Below, one piece after another: positions 9,591 to 19,025 of a DNA stretch of 64,000 nucleotides. Numbering within the stretch: the first letter of the stretch is position 1; each line of letters opens with the position of its first letter. The translations under genes and the position numbers were made by a program. Under the pieces are notes generated by a model, which was not told the origin of the DNA, made no database searches, and was given only the letters and a program-made list of their open reading frames with translations. The DNA lies in NCBI GenBank assembly GCA_944324915.1, contig CALUYD010000003.1, positions 124,971 through 188,970 on the forward strand. Reading direction: 5' to 3'. This stretch comes from Candidatus Gastranaerophilales bacterium (lineage in GTDB: Bacteria; Cyanobacteriota; Vampirovibrionia; Gastranaerophilales; Gastranaerophilaceae).

Positions 9591-9664
9591 CCCTACAAAG
9601 TAATAAAGTATTTTTTGCTTTAAAAATTGCCTATTTAAAATAATTTAGTTAATATTTCTTAACA
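9591..9664 (-). promoter_or_regulatory. Upstream control region of paralogue A: phased direct repeat plus a conserved 26-nt element
   Basis: Minus-strand TGTTAAGAAA-TATTAACTAA (9664-9645) and AAAAAATACTTTATTACTTTGTAGGG (9616-9591). The latter is nearly identical to 18963-18987 upstream of paralogue B. Confidence 0.55.
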
Positions 9665-9679
9665 AATATATTTTTAGAC

Positions 9680-9828
9680 AAAAAAAATCCCTTTTTAAAA
9701 AAGGGATTGAAAATCTGTTTGCTTGATTCTCGTGTGTTTGGTTAGTGTGTTGTTAGTAGTGTGTTTTGTGTGTGAATTAAAACTTTTTGTGGGGGAGGTA
9801 TTTATGTCTTACATATATATAAAGTATA
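9680..9828 (-). ncRNA. Candidate small RNA: C-run plus CA-rich tract ending in an intrinsic terminator
   Basis: Lies between the clpC terminator and paralogue A. Possible -10 TATACT (9828-9823). Transcript would contain ACCUCCCCCAC (9799-9789) and CACACACAAAACACAC.... Terminator aatcccttt/aaagggatt (9686-9708) with an 8-U tail (A-run 9680-9687 on the plus strand). Confidence 0.4.
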
Positions 9829-9858
9829 TACTCAATTAAAAATTGCGCAATTGCTTTC

Positions 9859-9878
9859 TTTTGTTACATTTCTTAACA
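9859..9878 (-). promoter_or_regulatory. Second copy of the phased direct-repeat box
   Basis: Minus-strand TGTTAAGAAA-TGTAACAAAA. The 15-mer ATTTCTTAACAAATA is exact at 9654-9668 and 9868-9882. Confidence 0.5.
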
Positions 9879-9895
9879 AATAAAAATTTCTGCAC

Positions 9896-9920
9896 AAAAA
9901 AGCCCTCATTTAAGAGGGCT
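9896..9920 (-). terminator. clpC intrinsic terminator
   Basis: agccctc(9901-9907)/gagggct(9914-9920), with a U-run on the minus strand (A-run 9896-9900). Confidence 0.75.
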
Positions 9921-9924
9921 TTAA

Positions 9925-12384
9925 TTATTCATCTATTTTTTTAATTATTATCTTATCATCTTTATAATCCATTATAAGTTTATCATTTTCCTTATAATTA
10001 CCGCTTAAGATTTCTTCAGCAAGAACATCTTCAACTTTCTTTTGTATAACACGTCTTAAAGGACGAGCGCCATAAGTTTCAGAATATCCTTCTTTTGCTA
10101 AATAATCCTTAGCCTCATTTGTAACTTCAATAGATAGATGACGTTCAGACAATCGTTTAAATAGGTCTTTTAACATTAATTCAACAATTTGTCTTATTTC
10201 TTCTTGGCTTAAATGAGCAAATACAATAATATCATCAACCCTATTTAAAAATTCAGGCCTAAAGGCTTTCTTAAGCTCTTCATTTACCGTTTCTTTAAGT
10301 TTTTCGTATCTATCCTTTTTATCATCGCCTGACACTGAAAAACCAAGTTTTTGAGTATTAGTTATCATACTTGCACCAACATTTGATGTCATAATAATTA
10401 TAGTATTTTTAAAATTAATATGACGTCCTTTAGAATCAGTCAAACGACCATCGTCTAAAATTTGAAGCATAATATTAAATACATCAGGATGTGCTTTTTC
10501 AATTTCATCAAAAAGAACAACAGAATATGGTTTCTTTCTGATTATTTCACACATATTTCCGCCATCATCATAACCCACATACCCTGGAGGAGAACCGATA
10601 AGTTTTGATGTAGCATGTTTTTCCATAAATTCTGACATATCAATTCTAACCATGTTGTCTTCAGAACCGAATACAGCTTCAGCCAATGCTTTTGCAAGTT
10701 CTGTTTTACCAACACCGGTTGGACCTGAGAATATAAAGCTACCGATTGGTCTATTTGGAGCTTTCAAACCAACACGAGCACGACGTATTGATTTAGCTAA
10801 AGATACAACAGCGTCAGATTGACCAATTACACGATTGTGCAATGTTTCTTCCAATTTAAGAAGTTTTTCTGATTCTGCCTCAGTGATTTTTGTAACAGGT
10901 ATACCTGTAATTGTAGCAATTACTTGTGCAACTTCTTCAACTCCAACAGTTGGTTTATTTTCGTCTTGTTTTTCTCTCCATTGTTCTGATATTTCATGGA
11001 TTTTTTCTTTTAGCGTTGCTTCATCATCTCTTAAATCAGATGCTCTTTCAAATTCTTGATTTCTAATTGCTTCTTCTTTTTCTTTAATAATTGCTTTTAG
11101 CTCTTTATCAAGTTCTTTTCCTTCAGGAGGAAGAGCAGAAACATTAAGACGAACTTTAGAAGCAGCTTCATCAATAATATCAATTGCTTTATCAGGTAAA
11201 AATCTTTCAGTAATGAATTTAGAAGACAACTCAGTAGCAGCAACAATTGCCTCATCTGAAATTATTAATTTATGGTGTTCTTCGTATTTTGGTTTTAAAC
11301 CTTTAATAATTTCTATTGTTTCTTCAATTGATGGCTGATCAACTATTACTGTTTGAAAACGTCGCTCTAAAGCTGAATCTTTTTCGATATATTTTCTATA
11401 TTCATCTAAAGTAGTAGCACCAATTACTTGAATTTCACCTCTTGATAACGCCGGTTTTAAGATATTTGCAGCATCAATAGCCCCTTCAGCAGCACCTGCA
11501 CCAATCAAAGTGTGCATTTCATCAATAACAAGAATAATATTTCCTGCATGGCGAATTTCATCCATAATCTTTTTAAGACGTTCTTCGAATTCACCTCTGT
11601 ATTTAGTACCAGCAATTAATAGTCCCATATCAAGCTGAATAATTTTTTTATTTTCTAAAATATCAGGAACTTCACAATCTACGATTTTTTGTGCCAAACC
11701 ATGAGCAATAGCAGTTTTACCAACCCCGGGTTCACCAATTAAAACAGGGTTGTTTTTAGTTCTTCTTGCTAAAATTTGTATAACTCTTTCAACTTCTTTT
11801 TCTCTACCTACGACAGGGTCAAGCCTTTGTTCTTGAGCAGCAAGAGTTAAATCAGTACCAAATTCATCCAATGACGGAGTTTTAGCAGATTTTGACCCGA
11901 CACCCGGTGTTGCTAAAGTAGAACCGGATGAGCCTGATGAACTTGTTTTTGTTTCACCAAGCATTTTTATAACGTTTGAACGACATTTATTTAAATCAAC
12001 CCCAAGATTTTCTAAAACCTTAGCAGCTACACCTTCGCCTTCACGAATTAAACCAAGCAAAAGATGTTCTGTTCCAATATAATTATGTCCCAATTGTCTT
12101 GCTTCATCCCAAGACAACTCCAAAACTTTCTTCGCTCTAGGAGTAAAAGGAATTTCTACCGCCACAAAACCGCAGCCTCTGCCTATGATTTTTTCAACTT
12201 CTTCACGAGCATCTTTAATATTTACACCCATTGATTTAAGTGTTTTAGCTGCAATTCCTGTGCCTTCGGCAATTAAACCCAAAAGTAATTGTTCAGTACC
12301 AACAAAGTTATGTCCAAGCCTGCGAGATTCTTCTTGCGCAAGCATTATTACCCTTATTGCCTTTTCCGTAAATCTTTCAAACAT
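9925..12384 (-). CDS. clpC: ATP-dependent Clp protease ATP-binding subunit ClpC
   Basis: Double Clp_N repeats ([16 protein letters not shown] / [16 protein letters not shown]); two Walker A motifs ([16 protein letters not shown]); UVR-like linker [12 protein letters not shown]; 819 aa. Confidence 0.95.
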   Translation of the reverse strand: MFERFTEKAIRVIMLAQEESRRLGHNFVGTEQLLLGLIAEGTGIAAKTLKSMGVNIKDAREEVEKIIGRGCGFVAVEIPFTPRAKKVLELSWDEARQLGHNYIGTEHLLLGLIREGEGVAAKVLENLGVDLNKCRSNVIKMLGETKTSSSGSSGSTLATPGVGSKSAKTPSLDEFGTDLTLAAQEQRLDPVVGREKEVERVIQILARRTKNNPVLIGEPGVGKTAIAHGLAQKIVDCEVPDILENKKIIQLDMGLLIAGTKYRGEFEERLKKIMDEIRHAGNIILVIDEMHTLIGAGAAEGAIDAANILKPALSRGEIQVIGATTLDEYRKYIEKDSALERRFQTVIVDQPSIEETIEIIKGLKPKYEEHHKLIISDEAIVAATELSSKFITERFLPDKAIDIIDEAASKVRLNVSALPPEGKELDKELKAIIKEKEEAIRNQEFERASDLRDDEATLKEKIHEISEQWREKQDENKPTVGVEEVAQVIATITGIPVTKITEAESEKLLKLEETLHNRVIGQSDAVVSLAKSIRRARVGLKAPNRPIGSFIFSGPTGVGKTELAKALAEAVFGSEDNMVRIDMSEFMEKHATSKLIGSPPGYVGYDDGGNMCEIIRKKPYSVVLFDEIEKAHPDVFNIMLQILDDGRLTDSKGRHINFKNTIIIMTSNVGASMITNTQKLGFSVSGDDKKDRYEKLKETVNEELKKAFRPEFLNRVDDIIVFAHLSQEEIRQIVELMLKDLFKRLSERHLSIEVTNEAKDYLAKEGYSETYGARPLRRVIQKKVEDVLAEEILSGNYKENDKLIMDYKDDKIIIKKIDE

Positions 12385-12459
12385 TGAAACTTCCTTATTA
12401 AAAAGTTATCTTATCCACATTTTAATATTACAAGAAAAAAATATATATAGCAAGATTAA

Positions 12460-12888
12460 CTAATTATCGAGCATATCTATTCTTCTTTGGTGTCTATCGC
12501 CGTCAAAACCCGTATTTAACCAAATATCAACAATGTCTCCAGCTAAACCAATGCCTACAACTTTTTCACCAAAACATAAAACATTAGAATTATTATGAGC
12601 TCTTGTCATTTTAGCGCTATATGTGTCAGATACACAAGCTGCTCTTATTCCTTTATATCTATTAGCACACATTGACATTCCTATTCCAGTGGAGCAAATA
12701 AGAATACCTCTGTCAAAATTATTGTTTAAAATTTCTTCGCAAACTTTTTTTGCATAAATCGGATAATCACAAGATTGAAAATCATTAGTCCCAAAATCAA
12801 CTACTTCAATATTTTTTTCAATTAAATAATTATATATATATTTTTTTAAATTTAATCCGCCATGATCAGATGCAATTGCAATTTTCAA
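12460..12888 (-). CDS. rpiB: Ribose-5-phosphate isomerase B
   Basis: MKIAIASDHGG...GILICSTGIGMSMCANR...ARMTRAHNNSNVLCFG. Confidence 0.9.
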   Translation of the reverse strand: MKIAIASDHGGLNLKKYIYNYLIEKNIEVVDFGTNDFQSCDYPIYAKKVCEEILNNNFDRGILICSTGIGMSMCANRYKGIRAACVSDTYSAKMTRAHNNSNVLCFGEKVVGIGLAGDIVDIWLNTGFDGDRHQRRIDMLDN

Positions 12889-13000
12889 AATTCAGCTCCT
12901 TATTAAAATATAAAATATTATACAATAATTTTCTTGTAGAAAAAATATTTTTGCGCTAAATTAGTCTTGTAGAGGTATTTTATTTAAAGGATAAAAACTT

Positions 13001-13960
13001 ATGACAGAAAGAAAATTAGTAGGAACACAAGAAATGTTCAAAAAAGCGCTAGCTGGCGGTTATGCTATCGGTGCTTACAACGTAAACAACATGGAAATTT
13101 TGCAAGGTATTGCAGAAGCTGCTGAAGAAACTCAATCACCAATCATTCTTCAAGTTTCAGCAGGCGCAAGAAAATACGCTAACCAAACTTACCTAATTAA
13201 ATTAGTTGAAGCTGCCCTAGCTACAACAACAGTACCTATCGCACTTCACTTAGACCACGGTGCTGATTTTGAAATTTGTAAAGCTTGTATCGATGGCGGA
13301 TTTTCATCTGTTATGATAGACGGTTCAAGATTCCCTCTTGAAGAAAATATCGCATTAACTAAAAAAGTAGTTGATTATGCTCATGCAAGAGGAGTTTCAG
13401 TTGAAGCTGAACTTGGTAAATTAGCAGGAGTTGAAGATGATGTTAAAGTACATGCAAAAGATTCAACATACACAGATCCAGCTGAAGCTGCCAGATTTGT
13501 TAAAGAAACAGGCTGCGATTCATTAGCTGTTGCAATCGGTACTTCACACGGTGCATACAAATTCTCAGGCGAAGCTAAACTAGACTTCGAAAGATTAGCT
13601 GAAATTAAAAAAGCAGTTAACGAAGCAGTCGGATATGACTACCCTCTAGTTCTTCACGGTTCATCTTCTGTACCTAAAGAATTTGTTGAAAAATGTAATA
13701 AATTTGGCGGTAAATTACCAAACGCACAAGGTGTTCCAGAAGATATGTTAGCTTATGCTTCAAAACACGGTGTAGCTAAAATCAATATTGATACAGACTT
13801 AAGATTAGCAATGACATCAACAATCAGAGAATTCTTTATTGAACATCCTGATAAATTTGACCCACGTGAATACATGGGACCAGGAAGAACAGCAGTTAAA
13901 GAAATGGTAAAACATAAAATGGTTGATGTTCTTGGAACTGCAGGTCACGCTCAAGACTAA
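13001..13960 (+). CDS. fba: Class II fructose-1,6-bisphosphate aldolase
   Basis: GYAIGAYNVNNME...PIILQVS...LHLDHG...GTSHGAYKF...LVLHGSS. Confidence 0.92.
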   Translation: MTERKLVGTQEMFKKALAGGYAIGAYNVNNMEILQGIAEAAEETQSPIILQVSAGARKYANQTYLIKLVEAALATTTVPIALHLDHGADFEICKACIDGGFSSVMIDGSRFPLEENIALTKKVVDYAHARGVSVEAELGKLAGVEDDVKVHAKDSTYTDPAEAARFVKETGCDSLAVAIGTSHGAYKFSGEAKLDFERLAEIKKAVNEAVGYDYPLVLHGSSSVPKEFVEKCNKFGGKLPNAQGVPEDMLAYASKHGVAKINIDTDLRLAMTSTIREFFIEHPDKFDPREYMGPGRTAVKEMVKHKMVDVLGTAGHAQD

Positions 13961-13980
13961 TTTAATATATCTAAATATAA

Positions 13981-14009
13981 AGCGGCAAGTTAACACTTGC
14001 CGCTTTTTG
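13981..14009 (+). terminator. fba intrinsic terminator
   Basis: agcggcaagt/acttgccgct hairpin followed by TTTTT. Confidence 0.85.
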
Positions 14010-14170
14010 CATTAAAATACTCTTTAATTTTAGACTGTCAAGGCAATTATTACTAAATTTAAAGATTTTAAAAAATTTTTACGTTATGCAACATTTGCGT
14101 ATTTTTTAGTTAGCTTATGCTATAACAATAATAACAAAACACAACGTGATATTATTTATGGGGGAAATAA

Positions 14171-14668
14171 ATGAGCCAATATCTAAGCAAAGAAGAAATC
14201 AAACAATGGAGAAGCTCTTTAGAAAAAATCACTCTTGAAGAATACGCAAGGAAATTAGGAAAAGTTTTAGAAGAAAATAAGCAAACAAGCGATATTATCG
14301 ATATCGTAATGCAAAACGAAAAAAGATTATATACATCAAAAGAAAAAACATCAGCTCAAAAACAAATACTTAAAGTTGCTGCAAAAGCTCAAAAAGTACA
14401 AGATAAAATAATTAATAATACACAAGAAAATTCACTAAAAAATATAAAATCAAAACTTACTTGTAAAAAACCTCTAACTGCTAGAGAAGAGGCCGTTTTA
14501 GCTCATTTTGCTCAAAATAAAGGTGAAATAGTTTATGCTAAAGATTTAGCTGCAATTTTGAATTTACCTACTGATTATGTATACAAATACATTAAAAACT
14601 TAAGAACAAAAATAGCTCAAGACGTTCTTCAAAACGCAACAAAAGGCGGATACATATTTAATATATAA
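14171..14668 (+). CDS. Protein with a C-terminal OmpR/PhoB-like winged-helix domain and no receiver domain
   Basis: C-terminus LTAREEAVLAHFAQNKGEIVYAKDLAAIL...YIKNLRTKIAQD...TKGGYIFNI resembles Trans_reg_C. N-terminal half is a K/E-rich helix. Strong SD GGGGGA. Confidence 0.5.
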   Translation: MSQYLSKEEIKQWRSSLEKITLEEYARKLGKVLEENKQTSDIIDIVMQNEKRLYTSKEKTSAQKQILKVAAKAQKVQDKIINNTQENSLKNIKSKLTCKKPLTAREEAVLAHFAQNKGEIVYAKDLAAILNLPTDYVYKYIKNLRTKIAQDVLQNATKGGYIFNI

Positions 14669-14717
14669 AATAATATTAACAATTTGCCTTATATAATCCA
14701 TATTTTATAATTAAACT

Positions 14718-15950
14718 ATGGATATCCTGAATAAAAGTTTAAATATAATTGATGACATTATCAATAATACAAATGTTCAAAATCTTGATTTTTATGAAAA
14801 TGTATTAAAGATAATGTCATCTTTATATGATAAAAATTTTTCACTCGGCATTTTCTTTTGCGAAAATACGGGCTATAACTTAAAAACCGCAATAAAAAAT
14901 AATATTTTTATCAAAAACTATAATTTTAAATACGATATTCAAGATTTTTTAACCAACAATCAAAAATATATTGAATTATCAACAAAAGATGATGAGCTTT
15001 TTTATAAAAACACTTTAATTACAAAATTATCTATTAAAGAATCTGTTTTTGGCTTTATGATTGTAAGCTCAAATAATCAAATAACAAACGAAATAAAATC
15101 AAGTTTTCTTGCTTTGGTAAATATAATAAGCTACAAAATTAAAGACTACGAATTAAATGAAGTATTTAAAATTCAGCTAAAAGCAATGCAAGAAGCAATT
15201 ATAGAAAAAGAAGCAATGTATGATGTTGTAAAAAAACAACACAAAAAGCTCCAAGAACTCGATAAAACAAAAAATTTATTTCTTGCTAATATCTCACACG
15301 AATTAAGAACACCATTAAATGCTATTATTGGTTTTTCTCAAGCGCTAGATAGCAAAATTTTTGGTGATTTAAATGAAAAACAAGCAGAATACATTAAAGA
15401 TATACAAATATCCAGCTTACATCTTTTAGGTATGATTAATGAAATACTTGATATATCAAAACTTGAAGCTAATGCTATGAAATTTAATCCTGCAAAATTA
15501 AATTCAACCCAAGCTATACAAGAGGTTATTAATATATTAGAACCTTTATATCAAAATAAACAAATAAAAGTAATATTTAAAAACGATTGCAATTATGAAA
15601 TAAATGCAGATTATCAAAAATTTCAACAAATTCTTTATAATCTATTATCAAACGCAATTAAATTTACGGGCAAAAACGGCAAAATTGAAATAATTCAAGA
15701 AACAAAAAACAAAGATTATATTTTAAAAATAAAAGATAACGGTATAGGAATAGAAAAAAAATATCACAATAAAATATTCAAAAAATTTGTTCATATAGAT
15801 AATATTTATTCTAAAAGCCAATCTTCAACAGGCTTAGGCTTACCTATTACAAAAGAACTAGTAAAACTTCATAATGGCAAAATAACACTTGAAAGCGAAT
15901 TAAACAAAGGAACAACTTTTACAATGGAGTTTAAAAAAATATTATTATGA
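14718..15950 (+). CDS. Cytoplasmic sensor histidine kinase
   Basis: H-box FLANISHELRTPLNAI; N, G1 and G2 boxes (LLSNAIKFT, DNGIGI, GLGLPI). No obvious TM segment. Confidence 0.88.
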   Translation: MDILNKSLNIIDDIINNTNVQNLDFYENVLKIMSSLYDKNFSLGIFFCENTGYNLKTAIKNNIFIKNYNFKYDIQDFLTNNQKYIELSTKDDELFYKNTLITKLSIKESVFGFMIVSSNNQITNEIKSSFLALVNIISYKIKDYELNEVFKIQLKAMQEAIIEKEAMYDVVKKQHKKLQELDKTKNLFLANISHELRTPLNAIIGFSQALDSKIFGDLNEKQAEYIKDIQISSLHLLGMINEILDISKLEANAMKFNPAKLNSTQAIQEVINILEPLYQNKQIKVIFKNDCNYEINADYQKFQQILYNLLSNAIKFTGKNGKIEIIQETKNKDYILKIKDNGIGIEKKYHNKIFKKFVHIDNIYSKSQSSTGLGLPITKELVKLHNGKITLESELNKGTTFTMEFKKILL

Positions 15951-16312
15951 AAAAAATCCTTATTGTTGAAGATAACGAATTAAATATGAAACTTTTTTAT
16001 GATATTTTGCAATATCAAAAATATACTCCCAAAAAAGCAATGGATGGATTGTGTGCTTATAACCTTATAAAATCTGAAAAATTTGATTTGATAATCTTGG
16101 ATATTCAACTACCCAAAATGACAGGTTTTGAGCTTTTAGAAAAATTAAAAAAAGAAAACATTCAAACTCCGCCAATTATAATAGCTTCAGCTTGCGCTAT
16201 GGATTCAGACAAACAAAAAGCAAAAGAATTTGGAATAGAAGACTATATCACAAAACCAATTGATATAAATAATTTTGTCAAAACAGTAAAACAAAAACTC
16301 GGTGAAATATAA
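15947..16312 (+). CDS. Single-domain (CheY-like) response regulator
   Basis: ILIVEDNELN...DLIILDIQLPKMTG...KP. Overlaps the kinase stop (ATGA). Confidence 0.88.
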   Translation: MKKILIVEDNELNMKLFYDILQYQKYTPKKAMDGLCAYNLIKSEKFDLIILDIQLPKMTGFELLEKLKKENIQTPPIIIASACAMDSDKQKAKEFGIEDYITKPIDINNFVKTVKQKLGEI

Positions 16313-17097
16313 TGCTTGCAGATTATCACATACATACAAATTATAGCGAAGATTCTTCAGTTGATATGGAAGATTATATTTTGCAAGCAATTAATCTTAA
16401 ATATGGCGAAATTTGCTTTACTGACCACATAGATTACGGCACTCCATATTCATTTTGTTGCGATGTGAAAAATTGCCTTAAAAACATTAATTATTTTAAA
16501 GAAAAATATAAAAACAAAATATCAATAAAATTCGGTATGGAATTTGGTGCTCAAGCTCATCACAAAAATTATTTTGAAAACATTTTCAAACAATATGCTT
16601 TTGATTTTATTATTTTATCATTTCACACAATAGACGATAAAGAATTATGGGATAGAAGTTTTCAAATGGGAAAAACACAAGCCCAATACAACAAGGAATA
16701 CTACGAAGAAATTTATAAAACAATAAACGTATACAACAATTACAGTGTTTTAGGACATTTAGATTTAATTCGAAGATATGATGATTATGGCGAATATCCT
16801 TTTTGCTATTCAAAAGAAATAATTGAGCAAATTTTAAAAACAGCAATTAATAACAACAAAGGAATTGAGCTAAATACTTCATCTTCAAGATATAAATTAA
16901 AAGATTTAATGCCGTCAGTTGATATTTTAAAATTTTACAAAGAATTAGGCGGAAAAATAATTACAATAGGTTCCGATTGTCATAGAGTTTGTGATTTTGG
17001 ATACAAAATAAAAGAAATGAAAGATTTTTTAAAAAGCATAGGTTATGAATTTTTTTGCACTTTTGATAAAATGCAACCGATTTTTCATAAGCTATAA
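16312..17097 (+). CDS. PHP-family histidinol-phosphatase-like protein
   Basis: DYHIHTNYSEDS...FTDH...GHLD...GSDCH metal ligands. Start overlaps the regulator stop (TAATG). Confidence 0.75.
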   Translation: MLADYHIHTNYSEDSSVDMEDYILQAINLKYGEICFTDHIDYGTPYSFCCDVKNCLKNINYFKEKYKNKISIKFGMEFGAQAHHKNYFENIFKQYAFDFIILSFHTIDDKELWDRSFQMGKTQAQYNKEYYEEIYKTINVYNNYSVLGHLDLIRRYDDYGEYPFCYSKEIIEQILKTAINNNKGIELNTSSSRYKLKDLMPSVDILKFYKELGGKIITIGSDCHRVCDFGYKIKEMKDFLKSIGYEFFCTFDKMQPIFHKL

Positions 17098-17098
17098 T

Positions 17099-18880
17099 TT
17101 ATTTTGCTAAAACTTTTTTTGTTTTTAAATTTTTACATACACCGCAATCATTGCATCTTACTTCGCAAGGTATTGTTGAAATTGCATTTTGCGCTTTTTT
17201 ATATTCACCCAAAAGCCAAGTTTTATCAACGCCATAATCCACAATTTCCCAAGGTAGTATTTCATCTTTAGAAAATTCTTTCGATGTTAAATCTTCAATT
17301 GAAATATTTAATTTTTCTTCAATTTTTTTATATAAATCAAAATCTAAATTTTCATCCCAAGATTCTAAATAAGCATTATTTTTATATAATTCATAAATAA
17401 AATCAGCAATTTTTTCATCCCCACGAGAGAAAAACGCTTCTAATTGCGACATTTTCGGATTATGAAAATTAAATCTCACATTTTTTAATTTATTTTTTAA
17501 ATCTCTTAGATAATTGATTTTATTATTAATTTCTTCAATCGTATTTTGTCTTGCCCATTGAAAAGGTGTATGAGGTTTTGGCACAAAAACAGAAATAGAA
17601 CAAGTAATTTGAGGATACTTTAAGCCATTTTTTCTACATGCAAGATTTACTTCTTCAATTAAATCTACAATACCATCTAAATCGCTATATTGTTCAAAAG
17701 GCAAACCTATTACAAAATAATATTTTATTTTGTTCCAACCGTTTTTAATACAAGAAATTGTTGCATTAATTATTTGCTCTTGAGATAAATTTTTATTTAT
17801 AATATCTCTCATTCTTTGAGTTCCGGCTTCCGGAGCAATTGTAACACTTGCTTTCTTTTCGCCTGCTGCTAAATTTGCAAGCTCCAAAGAAAACCTATCT
17901 GCTCTTTGAGATGGCAGAGAAACATTTATACCGCTACCTTTATAATAACAATTTAAGTCAGACAATATTTCTTCAATTTGCCCATGGTCATTTGATGATA
18001 AAGATAATAGCGAATATTCATCATAGCCCGTATTTTTAACATATTTTTTAGTTAGCTCAACTATATCTTCTTTTTTTCTTTCTCGAATTGGAAGATTTAT
18101 GTGTGACGCTTGACAAAAACGACACAATCTGCCACAACCCCTTCTTAATTCAACTATTGCTCTATCATGAACAGATGTAAAATGTGGTATCGGGGAATTA
18201 ATCGGATGATTTTCTTTTGATAATTGAGCTATTCTTTTTTTTGTTTTTTTGTGAACCAAAGGAGCATAAACCCCCTCGATTTTTGCCAATTCTTCAATAA
18301 TTTCTTTTCTTGATAATTTGTTTTTTAAAGATATATATTTTTCTAAAACTTCAATATTAACATCTTCGCCATCACCTATAATAAATATATCAATAAATTT
18401 GCTCATAGGATTTGGATTAGATGTGCAAGGTCCGCCTGCTAAAATTATCGGATGAGCATCATTTCTATCTTTCGATAATACAGGAATATTTGATAATTCA
18501 AGCATTTTTAATACAGTTGAATAACACATTTCATATTGAAGTGCAAAACCTATTATATCAAACTCCATAGGTTTTCTTTTGGATTCAAGCGCATATAGTG
18601 TTTTATTGTTTTTCTCTAATAATTCTATAAAATCTTTGTCAGGTGCATAAATTCTATCGCATAATAAATTTTCTTTTTTATTGATTAAATCATATATAAT
18701 TTTATGTCCAAAATTACTTATCCCAATTTCATATTTATCAGGAAAAGCAAAAAGAAATTTACCTTTCGCAAGGTTAAAATCTTTATCGTATGAACCAAAT
18801 TCATCACCAATATATCTTGATGGGCGCTCGATTTGATATAAAATATCACCGTATTCATTTAAAAAATTATCATCTATCAT
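17099..18880 (-). CDS. Radical SAM protein with an N-terminal B12-binding-like domain (TIGR03960-like)
   Basis: RGCGRLCRFCQASH CxxxCxxC motif; 593 aa; C-terminal Cys cluster CEVRCNDCGVC. Confidence 0.75.
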   Translation of the reverse strand: MIDDNFLNEYGDILYQIERPSRYIGDEFGSYDKDFNLAKGKFLFAFPDKYEIGISNFGHKIIYDLINKKENLLCDRIYAPDKDFIELLEKNNKTLYALESKRKPMEFDIIGFALQYEMCYSTVLKMLELSNIPVLSKDRNDAHPIILAGGPCTSNPNPMSKFIDIFIIGDGEDVNIEVLEKYISLKNKLSRKEIIEELAKIEGVYAPLVHKKTKKRIAQLSKENHPINSPIPHFTSVHDRAIVELRRGCGRLCRFCQASHINLPIRERKKEDIVELTKKYVKNTGYDEYSLLSLSSNDHGQIEEILSDLNCYYKGSGINVSLPSQRADRFSLELANLAAGEKKASVTIAPEAGTQRMRDIINKNLSQEQIINATISCIKNGWNKIKYYFVIGLPFEQYSDLDGIVDLIEEVNLACRKNGLKYPQITCSISVFVPKPHTPFQWARQNTIEEINNKINYLRDLKNKLKNVRFNFHNPKMSQLEAFFSRGDEKIADFIYELYKNNAYLESWDENLDFDLYKKIEEKLNISIEDLTSKEFSKDEILPWEIVDYGVDKTWLLGEYKKAQNAISTIPCEVRCNDCGVCKNLKTKKVLAK

Positions 18881-18914
18881 AATTTAATTAAACAATAAAC
18901 AAAAAAGAAAATAA

Positions 18915-18987
18915 TGTTAAGTTATGTTAAGAAAATAATAACAATTAAGCAATAAATAAACAAAAAAATACTTTATTATTATGTAGG
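18915..18987 (+). promoter_or_regulatory. Upstream control region of paralogue B: phased direct repeat plus the conserved element
   Basis: TGTTAAGTTA-TGTTAAGAAA (18915-18934, exact 10-bp period) and AAAAAATACTTTATTATTATGTAGG (18963-18987). Confidence 0.55.
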
Positions 18988-19025
18988 TTAGTTTAAAAAT
19001 TTAATTAGGTTAGGAGTGTTAGATT

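Noticed and set aside
9804-9839. 11-codon plus-strand ORF (MSYIYIKYILN) behind a very strong GGGGGAGG SD
   Set aside because: The only terminator-like element in this spacer works in the minus orientation, and the peptide is tiny. I kept it as an alternative reading under the sRNA candidate and did not call it as a gene.
10835-12463. Plus-strand ORFs 10835-11059 and 12185-12463
   Set aside because: They are antisense to clpC, with S/T/I-rich products typical of shadow ORFs.
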